Shown one piece after another: positions 52,520 through 61,189 of a stretch of 64,000 nt of DNA (its first letter is position 1; every line of letters begins with the position of its first letter). The notes beneath the pieces were generated by a model, which was given only the letters and a program-made list of their open reading frames with translations, had not been told where the DNA came from and did not search any database. A program made the translations under genes and the position numbers. The stretch is from Candidatus Methylacidiphilales bacterium (GTDB lineage Bacteria > Pseudomonadota > Gammaproteobacteria > JASGCS01), in contig JASGCS010000001.1 in the NCBI GenBank assembly GCA_030054035.1, forward strand, positions 149,515-213,514. The letters run 5' to 3'.

Positions 52520-53227
52520 TTATTTTTTGGCAGGCTTTGCTTCAGGAGCTTTAGCATCAGCTGCTTTAGTCTCTGCAGCTCCTTCAACTGGAGTAGCTTC
52601 GGCAAGTGCAGTAACAGTGCTCGCTTCGGTTTCAACTTGACGAATGGTCACAGAAACAACCGCACGATCAGCCCCCTCATCACTTAAAGAGAATGAATAA
52701 GAAACTTCATCTGGCAATTGAATATCTGAAAGATGTAGTGATTGTCCGACCTGCATGTTCTCTAAATCAATAGTCAAAAATCTTGGTATGTCTTTTGGCA
52801 GACAGAACAATTCGACATCAGACATTAAGTGATTTATTGATCCCCCACCTAAACGAACCCCAATACATTTATCCTCATGCAAGAAACGGAAAGGAACTTT
52901 AATTTTAAGTTTCTTAGCGTCGTCAACACGCATAAAATCAATATGTACTTGTGAGTTTTTCCAAGGATGTCTTTGTAATTCTCTAAGAATCGCCCGTTCC
53001 GACTTACCTGACTCATGCACGAGAGTGACAATTTGTGAATAAAAATCAGGGTTATTAATATTCTTAGCTAGTTCTTTAGCGGAAACTTGTACTATTTCAG
53101 TAACTATCTTTCCTGAACTATTTACTCCATACACAATGCCTGGCACTTCACCAGATTTTCTTAGTCTTCGCAACTCGCCTTTACTAGTAGCATTTCGAGG
53201 TTTAACTGATAATTGTAAATTTTCCAT
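52520..53227 (-). CDS. rplY: 50S ribosomal protein L25/Ctc (long form)
   Basis: RRLRKSGEVPGIVYG, QRHPW..HIDFMRV, GVRLGGG; between prs and pth. Confidence 0.95.
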   Translation of the reverse strand: MENLQLSVKPRNATSKGELRRLRKSGEVPGIVYGVNSSGKIVTEIVQVSAKELAKNINNPDFYSQIVTLVHESGKSERAILRELQRHPWKNSQVHIDFMRVDDAKKLKIKVPFRFLHEDKCIGVRLGGGSINHLMSDVELFCLPKDIPRFLTIDLENMQVGQSLHLSDIQLPDEVSYSFSLSDEGADRAVVSVTIRQVETEASTVTALAEATPVEGAAETKAADAKAPEAKPAKK

Positions 53228-53245
53228 AGCTAGTATTTTAACAGA

Positions 53246-54196
53246 TTATGAGAAAAACAGCGAACTTACCGACTGATTTAGATGTACCCTTCTAATTGAC
53301 TCAGCAAGTAGCTCAGCAACAGATATTTGTCTGATTTTTTTTGACTGATTTTTATTTATTGGGATGGTATCTGTAACAACTAAATCTCTAATTACTGAAG
53401 ATTCAATATTTTCGTATGCTCTACCAGACAACACTGCATGGGTAATATACGCATAAACACTTGTAGCGCCATTTTCTAAAAGCGCAGAAGCTGCATTACA
53501 CAAAGTACCAGCAGTATCCACAATGTCATCAACTATAATGCAGTTTTTACCCTCGACATCACCGATCACATTCATAACTTCAGAGACATTGGCGCGCTCT
53601 CTTCGCTTATCAATTATTGCAATTTCCGCACCTATTCCCTTAGCGATAGCACGAGTTCTCACAACCCCTCCAACATCAGGAGATACAAGAATTAAATTTG
53701 GCAATTTTGAACGCCACATCTCAGCCACCAACAATGGGGATGCATAAACATTATCAACAGGTATATCAAAAAATCCTTGAATCTGGTCTGCGTGTAAATC
53801 TACCGTTAAGATTCGATTAACACCACTACTCACTAACATATTAGCAACTAACTTTGCAGTAATTGGAACACGAACCGAGCGCACACGACGATCCTGTCTC
53901 GCATAGCCAAAGTAAGGCAACACAGCAGTTATTCGACCAGCACTACTTCTCCGAAGTGCATCACATAAAATTAGCAACTCCATGAGCATATCATTTACAG
54001 GAGTGCAAGTACTTTGCACTACAAAAACATCTCGCCCACGCACATCTTCTTCAATTTCAACTTGTACTTCACCATCACTAAAAGTATCAACAACAGCACG
54101 ACCCATTGGAATGCCCAATTTGTTTGCGATACCTTCACTAAGAATAGGGTTAGAATTCCCACAAAACAATCGCAAATCTAATTCGTCTTTAACCAT
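53246..54196 (-). CDS. prs: Ribose-phosphate pyrophosphokinase
   Basis: [45 protein letters not shown]. Confidence 0.97.
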   Translation of the reverse strand: MVKDELDLRLFCGNSNPILSEGIANKLGIPMGRAVVDTFSDGEVQVEIEEDVRGRDVFVVQSTCTPVNDMLMELLILCDALRRSSAGRITAVLPYFGYARQDRRVRSVRVPITAKLVANMLVSSGVNRILTVDLHADQIQGFFDIPVDNVYASPLLVAEMWRSKLPNLILVSPDVGGVVRTRAIAKGIGAEIAIIDKRRERANVSEVMNVIGDVEGKNCIIVDDIVDTAGTLCNAASALLENGATSVYAYITHAVLSGRAYENIESSVIRDLVVTDTIPINKNQSKKIRQISVAELLAESIRRVHLNQSVSSLFFS

Positions 54197-54230
54197 ATAG
54201 CCATATAATATACCCTATAAACCAATCAAA

Positions 54231-54318
54231 GGAGAGGTGTCGGAGTGGTTGAACGTGACAGACTCGAAATCTGTTATACCGAAAGGTATCGGGGGTTCGA
54301 ATCCCTCCCTCTCCGCCA
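54231..54318 (+). tRNA. tRNA-Ser(CGA)
   Basis: Acceptor GGAGAGG/CCTCTCC-G-CCA, anticodon stem ACAGA/TCTGT with CTCGAAA loop, variable arm ATACC-GAAA-GGTAT, T-loop GTTCGAAT. Confidence 0.93.
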
Positions 54319-54345
54319 ATTTTAACAAAAAGTGAAAATTGGCGG
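54313..54345 (+). repeat. 11-bp perfect inverted repeat overlapping the tRNA-Ser 3' end
   Basis: CCGCCAATTTT (54313-54323) / AAAATTGGCGG (54335-54345). Confidence 0.8.
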
Positions 54346-54424
54346 TACTGTTTGGACGGACAAAATTAACCGAAACAAAGAAAGGGATAAAGAAGTCAAC
54401 AAGTTTTATAAAAAACATACTTAA
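54332..54424 (+). pseudogene. Possible Vsr endonuclease C-terminal remnant
   Basis: Hand translation ...WTDKINRNKERDKEVNKFYKKHT* resembles Vsr W..KI..N..RD motif; no N-terminal part. Confidence 0.45.
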
Positions 54425-54480
54425 CAGAAAAAAACTGCACAAAGGGGAGAACGAAGTGCTATAATCCAATCGATAGTAGA

Positions 54481-54500
54481 CGAACCTGGTTTTGAACAAA
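54481..54500 (+). repeat. Left copy of imperfect inverted repeat flanking the two-gene module
   Basis: CGAACCTGGTTTTGAACAAA versus reverse complement of 57177-57195 CGAACTTTTTTTGAGCAAA. Confidence 0.45.
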
Positions 54501-54535
54501 AGTATTTCAAGGGTCTCCTATTCAAATATAATTTA

Positions 54536-54564
54536 TTGACATATAATGAACTATATGAAATACT
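54536..54564 (+). promoter_or_regulatory. Putative sigma70 promoter for the ParB-HEPN/MTase module
   Basis: Perfect TTGACA (54536-54541), 17 nt, AATACT; 27 nt before the ATG. Confidence 0.4.
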
Positions 54565-54590
54565 ACAAAAAAGCAAAAATTATATAAAAT

Positions 54591-55997
54591 ATGGCAGATA
54601 TATTCACAAAAAATAATATTCCAATAAAAAAACTTTCTCTTTGGGATGAAAATGCCCGTTTTCCTGATAAATATTTTAAAAAAACGGAAAAAGAGTTGAT
54701 TGAGTATTTTCTTAACAAGAAAGATTTAAAATTGTCCGAATTAGCCGAAGAAGTGGTAAAAGGGTTTGACTTACCTCAACTTGAAAAACTCGTTATCTAT
54801 GAAATAAACGGCAAAAATATAGTTTTGGAAGGAAATCGTCGTCTTGCGGTTTATAAGCTCTTGAATAACCCAGAACTGACAGACAATATAAAACTCAAAA
54901 ACAAACTTAATGGATTAAAATCAAGAATCAAAATCAACGATAAATTTATACTTGAATGCTTAATAACAAAAGACAAGGATCAGGGACTTCGTTATATTGA
55001 CAGAAAGCATTTAAGAGGCAATAACGAGGTTTCTTGGGGCGACAACGAGAGAGCGCATCATAATGCTCGCAGAGGAAACGCAAGTCAAAAAGATTTATTA
55101 AAAGTGGCAATTTCAAAAAGAATCAGAGTCTTGGATTTCCCAGAAGAATTAAAGGAAAAGGTTTTAGGCCATGGTTTTATTACAACTTTTTGGAGACTTA
55201 TCGAACAAAATCCCGCATGGTCTACTTTTGGTTTTAGTCTTGACGATAATGGCGAACTTCAAACCAAAGACAAAGAGTTTGATGAAAAATTGAAAGTTAT
55301 TATTTTTGATGTTCTACAAAAAGGACAATTTAACAGCAAATTATTTTCGCGTTTAAATACGAAAGAAATTGAAAGTTACTTGATGCAAATAACAAAAGAT
55401 GATTATAAAAGGGTCGCTAACGAAATAAAAAAACAAACCAAAACAGATCTTTTTGGCAAAGAGTCTACATCTGTTAAAAAAAATAATGGGGCTAATCGCA
55501 GTAATCCAAAATCTTCAGATCGGAAGTACTTAATTTCGAATAATTGTGTTTTGAAGATTCAGGAAACAAAAATAAATAACATCTATCATGAACTGAAAAA
55601 TGATTTGTTAATTGATGTCGTTCCAAATGCAGTCGGGGTTCTTTTTAGGGTATTTTTGGAAATATCTTTGGATTATTACGCAAAAATGAACGCCAACGAA
55701 TTTATGAAAAATCAAACAATAAAAAACAAAATTTCTTGGGTGGTTGAAAGTTTAGTAAATAAAAAATATGAAAATAATAAGTTTAAAAACATCAATAAGG
55801 TTGGCTCGTCCATAGGAGAAAGAAGTCATCTATCAATAGAAAACTTCCACGAATATGTCCATTCAACAACGACCCAACCAACCTCAAGCGAACTAAAAGG
55901 TAAATGGGACAATCTTCAAGAATTTTTTGAGATTCTTTGGGGTGATTTGAAAAAAAAAGCAAAGAATAAAAAACAAAATGCAAAAAGAAAAAAATAA
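54591..55997 (+). CDS. Hypothetical protein with N-terminal ParB/Srx-like domain and C-terminal HEPN-like domain
   Basis: LSLWDENARF, IVLEGNRRL (ParB-like); NAVGVLFRVFLE ... SIENFHEYVH ... KWDNL (HEPN-like helical domain). Confidence 0.6.
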   Translation: MADIFTKNNIPIKKLSLWDENARFPDKYFKKTEKELIEYFLNKKDLKLSELAEEVVKGFDLPQLEKLVIYEINGKNIVLEGNRRLAVYKLLNNPELTDNIKLKNKLNGLKSRIKINDKFILECLITKDKDQGLRYIDRKHLRGNNEVSWGDNERAHHNARRGNASQKDLLKVAISKRIRVLDFPEELKEKVLGHGFITTFWRLIEQNPAWSTFGFSLDDNGELQTKDKEFDEKLKVIIFDVLQKGQFNSKLFSRLNTKEIESYLMQITKDDYKRVANEIKKQTKTDLFGKESTSVKKNNGANRSNPKSSDRKYLISNNCVLKIQETKINNIYHELKNDLLIDVVPNAVGVLFRVFLEISLDYYAKMNANEFMKNQTIKNKISWVVESLVNKKYENNKFKNINKVGSSIGERSHLSIENFHEYVHSTTTQPTSSELKGKWDNLQEFFEILWGDLKKKAKNKKQNAKRKK

Positions 55998-56847
55998 AAT
56001 AACATCTGAATTTTCAAGTCCACTTCGTTATCCTGGCGGAAAAACTCGCTTGGCGTTTTTTTTATATAAAGCAATAGAAAAAAATTTTTTTGAAAATGAA
56101 AAAATAATCCTCGTTGAACCATACGCGGGCGGAGCTGGGGCCTCTTTGAAATTATTGTTTTCAGGTAAGGTTGATAGAATTATTATCAATGATTTGGATA
56201 AAGCCATTTCTGCGTTTTGGAAAATTGTTATTGCCGATACTAATTTTTTGATAGATAAAATAAAGAAAGTAAATATTGATATTGAAGAATGGAAAAAGCA
56301 AAAAGAAATTTACAATAATCCGTCATCATCAATAAAGGATTTGGCGTTTGCGACATTATTTCTGAACAGAACAAACCGTTCGGGAATTATTGAGGGCGGG
56401 CCAATAGGCGGAATGGAACAATTGGGTTTTTGGAATGTTCAGGCTCGTTTTACAAAAAATACGATTATTTCAAGACTGGAAAAAATCAAAAATTTTAAAA
56501 ATAAAATATCATTTAGAAATTTGGATGGGATTAGGCTTTTGAAACAGTTGGAAAAAAATAAATGCAAAAACAGATATTTTATTTTTATTGATCCGCCATA
56601 CTATCAAAAAGGTAAATCTTTATACTTAAACCATTATATCGATAAAGATCATAAGGAGTTATTGAAACTTCTTGAAAAATCTTCGTTAAAATGGGTTATG
56701 ACTTATGACGATGTTGTCTATATTCAGAATCTTTATGATAAATTCAAGAAAAATAAATTTACGATAAATCACAGTGCATTTGAAGCAAGGCAAGGAAAGG
56801 AAATATTGATTTTTTCCGATAATGTCGCTAAAGTTGCGATTAGCTAA
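55978..56847 (+). CDS. DNA adenine methyltransferase, Dam/D12 class
   Basis: SPLRYPGGK, EPYAGGA, IINDLD, FLNRTNRSG, FIDPPYY, WVMTYD; overlaps upstream gene by 20 nt. Confidence 0.93.
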   Translation: MQKEKNKITSEFSSPLRYPGGKTRLAFFLYKAIEKNFFENEKIILVEPYAGGAGASLKLLFSGKVDRIIINDLDKAISAFWKIVIADTNFLIDKIKKVNIDIEEWKKQKEIYNNPSSSIKDLAFATLFLNRTNRSGIIEGGPIGGMEQLGFWNVQARFTKNTIISRLEKIKNFKNKISFRNLDGIRLLKQLEKNKCKNRYFIFIDPPYYQKGKSLYLNHYIDKDHKELLKLLEKSSLKWVMTYDDVVYIQNLYDKFKKNKFTINHSAFEARQGKEILIFSDNVAKVAIS

Positions 56848-56874
56848 ACCCGCTTGGTCACCTTATTTAATTTT

Positions 56875-57198
56875 GTAGCCGCCGTGCCCGCCCTGCGGGC
56901 GTTGAAGTAAGCTGGCAAAAAAGAAGAGGGTTGGGGGGAAGGAATTTTTGCCCGTTTGCGCTTTCCGTAACGAAGGCGCGGTTGGAGTGGGAGCGTTTCC
57001 GCCATTCCGCCCAAAGCGGAATACCAAAACAGAGTATTTTTTTTCCTTAATTGAAAATAATTTTGGGGGCGCGAGATTAAAAAAATGTAGGGAAAATTTT
57101 TCTGTTTTGCTCTCCGAAGCGAAGCGAAGGCGGGTGGAAATGCTGGGCGGGATTCAATCCGCAAAATCCAGAGGAATTTGCTCAAAAAAAGTTCGAGC
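56875..57198. other. GC-rich multi-hairpin intergenic element (candidate structured ncRNA or palindromic DNA element)
   Basis: Stems GCCCGC/GCGGGC, GGCAAAAA/TTTTTGCC, GCGCTTTC/GAAGGCGC, ATTCCGC/GCGGAAT, CAAAACAGA/TCTGTTTTG; CGAAG x3. Confidence 0.6.
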
Positions 57199-57222
57199 AT
57201 CAATCTAAAAACACCGCCAAAA
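57177..57222 (-). repeat. Right flank motif of the two-gene module
   Basis: Minus strand TTGGCGGT..CGAACTTTTTTTGAGCAAA shares TTGGCGGT and CGAAC..TTTTGA.CAAA with the left flank in opposite orientation. Confidence 0.45.
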
Positions 57223-57362
57223 TTGGATATCAGGATTCGAAAAGATATCGGCTGAGGGAGTTTACTTTCCTCATTATAACTGTGATTATGTGTTTGGTCT
57301 TACTTGTATTTTTTATCAGAGGTATAATTTATAAAAAATAACTTAAAATACTATTAATTACT

Positions 57363-57761
57363 ATGTTTATAAAACTATTCGCAATAGCACTACTTGTTTT
57401 CTTCGTTATCGACATGATCTGGCTTGGGATTGTCTCAAAAAATTTTTACAGGGCACAGATTGGAAAACTTATGAAGTCTGATATAAATTGGGCAGCTGCA
57501 ATGATTTTTTATCTGATTTTTATCACAGGTCTTATTGTTTTTGTTATAGCTCCGGCTGTGGAAAAAGAATCTTTGACGCACGCCCTCCTTTTTGGGGCAT
57601 TATTTGGATTGGTTTGTTATGCTACTTATGACCTCACCAATTTAGCAGTTGCAAAAGATTGGCCACTTTTGGTGACGATTGTGGATTTGGTATGGGGTAC
57701 GGTGCTTGCGTCTTCGGTATCGGTCGTGACTTATTTGATTGCAACTAAAATAGTTCTGTGA
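57363..57761 (+). CDS. DUF2177 family membrane protein
   Basis: FFVIDMIWLG..FY..QIG.LM, AAMIFY, GALFGLVCYATYDLTNLA...WP...VDLVWG. Confidence 0.9.
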   Translation: MFIKLFAIALLVFFVIDMIWLGIVSKNFYRAQIGKLMKSDINWAAAMIFYLIFITGLIVFVIAPAVEKESLTHALLFGALFGLVCYATYDLTNLAVAKDWPLLVTIVDLVWGTVLASSVSVVTYLIATKIVL

Positions 57762-58531
57762 ATTACTACCTAACCCTTATTTTATTTTTGTTTGTGTACA
57801 TGAACCTTTGGTTCTTGGTCTCTTTGATTAAAAAAAGGAACGATGTTGCTGATGTGGCGTGGGGGCTCGGGTTTGTTCTTATGGCTTGGATGTCTTTTTT
57901 TCTAAATGGTGATTCCGGTGCCCGAGGATTGCTAGCCGGTATCTTGGTGAGTATTTGGGGATTGCGTTTGGCGTGGCATATTCATGCTCGGAATAAAGGA
58001 AAAACCGAGGACTACCGGTATCTCGCATGGCGTAAAGAATGGGGTAAGTGGTTTTACCCTCGTTCATATTTACAAGTGTATCTTTTGCAGGGGATGTTTT
58101 CGTTTCTGATCGTCATGCCCGTTTTAATCATTAACAACAGTGCTTGGTCAGCTTTAGGTATATTCGATGTACTTGGTATAGCAATATGGCTCATTGGGTT
58201 TTATTTTGAGTCCATGGGAGATGCACAGTTGGCACGATTTATTAAAAATCCAGAAAACAAAGGCAAGTTGATGCGGAGTGGGCTCTGGGCATACACGCGA
58301 CATCCAAACTATTTTGGAGAGGTAATGCAGTGGTGGGGTTTATGGCTCGTCGCCCTTCCCGTCCCAAATGGATGGCTTGGTATTATTGGGCCACTGACTA
58401 TTACCTTTTTAATACTGAAGGTTTCTGGTATCCCAATGCTAGAAAAAAAGATGGCAGAACATCCAGATTTTGCAGAATATAAACGGCGAGTGAGCGTATT
58501 TATACCTTATGTATGGCGGAATAGTAATTGA
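57758..58531 (+). CDS. DUF1295 family (steroid 5-alpha-reductase-like) membrane protein
   Basis: DVADVAWGLGF, WGLRL, EDYRY, GDAQL..F, GLWAYTRHPNYFGE, SGIPMLEK. Confidence 0.92.
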   Translation: MNYYLTLILFLFVYMNLWFLVSLIKKRNDVADVAWGLGFVLMAWMSFFLNGDSGARGLLAGILVSIWGLRLAWHIHARNKGKTEDYRYLAWRKEWGKWFYPRSYLQVYLLQGMFSFLIVMPVLIINNSAWSALGIFDVLGIAIWLIGFYFESMGDAQLARFIKNPENKGKLMRSGLWAYTRHPNYFGEVMQWWGLWLVALPVPNGWLGIIGPLTITFLILKVSGIPMLEKKMAEHPDFAEYKRRVSVFIPYVWRNSN

Positions 58532-58639
58532 CAATAAAGAGAAATTTTATCTTAGCATTTAACGACTCTGCATTTTATCGTTAAAAAACTATCTTTGATT
58601 TTTCTTGCCATTACTTACTTTTTACTCTTAAATATAAAA

Positions 58640-59218
58640 TTAATTACTGATTTCCACCATCACTTCGTTGCGATTCATCCACGGTGGAGTCCATGGCGCA
58701 TTGTATCCAGCGTAGGCAGCACTACCTTGTGGCATAACTCCGTCCCGAGCAAGCGAAGCAAATAGTGTTGATTGCATAGTTTTAACTCTCGCTTCCGAAC
58801 GGTATCCCGCGAACCGTATCACGGCATATTTCTTCGCAGGAATCATGACGATATTTACTCGCGGATCGTTTGGTATCGGCAATGTTTCTAAGGTGTATGA
58901 GCGAGGTATGCCGAAGGATATAATCTGTGATTTGCTCTCCATAGTCGCCACCACCGGTGCTGTCATGGCGATACTCTTTTTTTTGTTATTCCCGCCAAAA
59001 ATATACCTCGCCACGATTCGAAAACCCGCACTCATTGATTCGTTATAAGATCCCTCAACAGTAGTCTGCGCTACAATATGTACTGGATACTCCCGTATCT
59101 CATAGCCATCCATTTTCTTCACCACGCTATAGTCGGCCTGTTCCACTCGCGAACCAAAATATCCCCAGATAGTCCAGAGCACAATGATGACGAAGAGAGC
59201 GATGAGTACATTGATCAT
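58640..59218 (-). CDS. SOUL heme-binding protein with N-terminal anchor
   Basis: VEQADY, YEIREYP, GFRIVARYIFGGN, IAMTAPV, AGYNAPWTPPWMNRNEV. Confidence 0.9.
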   Translation of the reverse strand: MINVLIALFVIIVLWTIWGYFGSRVEQADYSVVKKMDGYEIREYPVHIVAQTTVEGSYNESMSAGFRIVARYIFGGNNKKKSIAMTAPVVATMESKSQIISFGIPRSYTLETLPIPNDPRVNIVMIPAKKYAVIRFAGYRSEARVKTMQSTLFASLARDGVMPQGSAAYAGYNAPWTPPWMNRNEVMVEISN

Positions 59219-59360
59219 AATTTTATTTTAAATTACCAGTCCAAATGCGCTTGATGATTTTTCTAGGTTTGGAGGTTGGGTTTATCACATTCACAGATGT
59301 ATCTTAACAGAGTATCGTAAGGATATCTGTAAAAATGGAGCGTATTTCTATAAATAGTAA

Positions 59361-59942
59361 TTATTTGTTTCTCATTTTCCTTTCTATTTCCCTATTTGGT
59401 ATTACCCAAATGAGCATAGCTAAAAAGTAAATAGCAATTGTGATTCTGGTATCATAAAAGGCTAGGGTAATTCCAAGAAGATATGAGGTAATGGAAATAT
59501 AAACTTTAATTAAGGATTTGTCTAAGATGGCTTTTAAATCAATAATTTCATGATCACTTGCATGAAGGCTTTGAATTTGAATAGTGGCGCTTCCTCCACA
59601 GATAAGTAAGAGTACTCCATAGGTTACTACGGAGGCCACTGCAAAGTTACTATGTCCCAACCACTCAGTTGCTACAGGTACTAGTGAAAGCCAAAAGAGT
59701 AAATTGAGATTGCTCCAGAGAATTTTTGTAGATACCGTTTTAATTGCTTGAAAAAGATGGTGGTGATTAACCCAATAGATACCTATAAAAATAAAACTTA
59801 AGATATAACTGACAAGGGTAGGTAGTAATTCTAGTAAATTGTAAAAAGAATTGCCTGATGGGGTTTTAATCTCAAGCACCATGATAGTGATAATAATCGC
59901 AAAAACTCCATCGCTAAAGGCCTCTAGTCTTGCTGTTTTCAT
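59361..59942 (-). CDS. TMEM175 (DUF1211) family potassium channel-like protein
   Basis: RLEAFSDGVFAIIITIMVLEI, YILSFIFIGIYWVNHH, NLNLLFWLSLVP. Confidence 0.9.
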   Translation of the reverse strand: MKTARLEAFSDGVFAIIITIMVLEIKTPSGNSFYNLLELLPTLVSYILSFIFIGIYWVNHHHLFQAIKTVSTKILWSNLNLLFWLSLVPVATEWLGHSNFAVASVVTYGVLLLICGGSATIQIQSLHASDHEIIDLKAILDKSLIKVYISITSYLLGITLAFYDTRITIAIYFLAMLIWVIPNREIERKMRNK

Positions 59943-60016
59943 TGGTGATACATTATATCTTGCATTTAGTTAAAGTATTACAATTATAATTATAGCTATT
60001 AGAATTTTGGAAGAAT

Positions 60017-61183
60017 ATGATGAAGAAGGTAAAAAAAGTCACGAATAAAGCGGCGCGTCAAACTGAGAAAATACTTCTTAAGGACATACTGTTTAGTCCT
60101 GAAAAAATTATCTATTTAGCAAATCTTATAAAAGCTAACTATCCGAACTTTCAAGTCCACGAATTTATAAATACTAGTTCCAGCGCTTGTAAGTCATTAG
60201 AGTTAAAGGCTAGGATTAATTGCCTTGCAGAAAATCTAAACAAATATATACCTGAAAACTATGAATCCCAACTTAAAATACTACTAAGTGCCCTCCCCCC
60301 TCCTCTTGACCCTAATCTTTGTGACAATGATTTTGGTGATTTTATTATTGCGCCATTTTCTCATTTTGTTGCACGCTATGGATGTCAAATTCACTATCTC
60401 AATCTATCGCTTGAAGCTCTATACGAAATAACAAAACGCTTTTCAGCTGAAGATGCTGTGCGCTATTTTCTCGTTACATTCCCAGAAGAAACCTTACATA
60501 CATTGCAAGTATGGAGTCGTGATGATAACTATCATGTCAGAAGGCTCTGCAGTGAAGGGACGAGGCCTAGCTTACCTTGGTCGCAAAAAATCAATCTTCC
60601 ATTGAACCATTCCAAAGTTATTCTTGACAACTTATATAGCGACACTAAAAGATACGTAATACGATCTGTTGCCAATCATGTGAATGATATAGCTAAGCAT
60701 GATCCACAATTAGCTATTTCATACCTGCATACTTGGAAGCTTTCTAACAAACAATCAAAAAAAGAAATGGACTACTTATGTACACATGGGCTTCGTACAT
60801 TATTAAAACAAGGGCACGCAAAAGCACTGTCATTAGTGGGTATATCAAAACGATTAAAGTTTAAATTATTAGAGTTCACGTTACAGAAACAAGCAAGATT
60901 AAATAACTATGTATCGTTTAGTATAACTGTTCAGTCAAAAATAACAGCTACAACATTAATACTTTATAGGGTCTATTTCCAACATCGTCTTGGTGGAATT
61001 AAATCTCAAAAGGTATTTAGGCTCAAACAATTAAAAATAGTTAAAAATACTTCAGTAACAATTAGTAGAAAATATAAACTGAACGAGAATGCTACCACCA
61101 GAAAAATCTATAAAGGGAAACACGCACTAGAAATTTTAATCAATGGCACCAGTTATGGTAAAAAATATTTTATCGTGCAATAG
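60017..61183 (+). CDS. DNA alkylation repair protein (AlkD/AlkC-like helical-repeat family)
   Basis: LELKAR, EITKRFSAEDAVR, HVRRLCSEGTRPSLPW, YVIRSVANHVNDIAK, TTRKIYKGKH. Confidence 0.88.
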   Translation: MMKKVKKVTNKAARQTEKILLKDILFSPEKIIYLANLIKANYPNFQVHEFINTSSSACKSLELKARINCLAENLNKYIPENYESQLKILLSALPPPLDPNLCDNDFGDFIIAPFSHFVARYGCQIHYLNLSLEALYEITKRFSAEDAVRYFLVTFPEETLHTLQVWSRDDNYHVRRLCSEGTRPSLPWSQKINLPLNHSKVILDNLYSDTKRYVIRSVANHVNDIAKHDPQLAISYLHTWKLSNKQSKKEMDYLCTHGLRTLLKQGHAKALSLVGISKRLKFKLLEFTLQKQARLNNYVSFSITVQSKITATTLILYRVYFQHRLGGIKSQKVFRLKQLKIVKNTSVTISRKYKLNENATTRKIYKGKHALEILINGTSYGKKYFIVQ

Positions 61184-61189
61184 TAATTC

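Noticed and set aside
54215-54499. 94-aa minus-strand ORF
   Set aside because: Antisense to tRNA-Ser (the AEREGFEP pattern is typical of tRNA shadows)
54591-56847. GATC depletion as a clue to MTase specificity
   Set aside because: GATC occurs within the module and throughout the window, so the target cannot be inferred by eye
56844-57208. Overlapping 119-aa (-) and 86-aa (+) ORFs
   Set aside because: They arise from the GC-rich palindromic element, have no SD or motifs, and overlap each other
57210-57222. CCGCCAA as a direct repeat (attR) of the tRNA-Ser 3' end
   Set aside because: Only 7 identical bases; too short to call an att site, so kept only within the flank-motif finding
58558-58585. 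8-bp inverted repeat TTTAACGA/TCGTTAAA between convergent genes
   Set aside because: AT-rich stem with a 12-nt loop; may be a weak terminator but is not well supported
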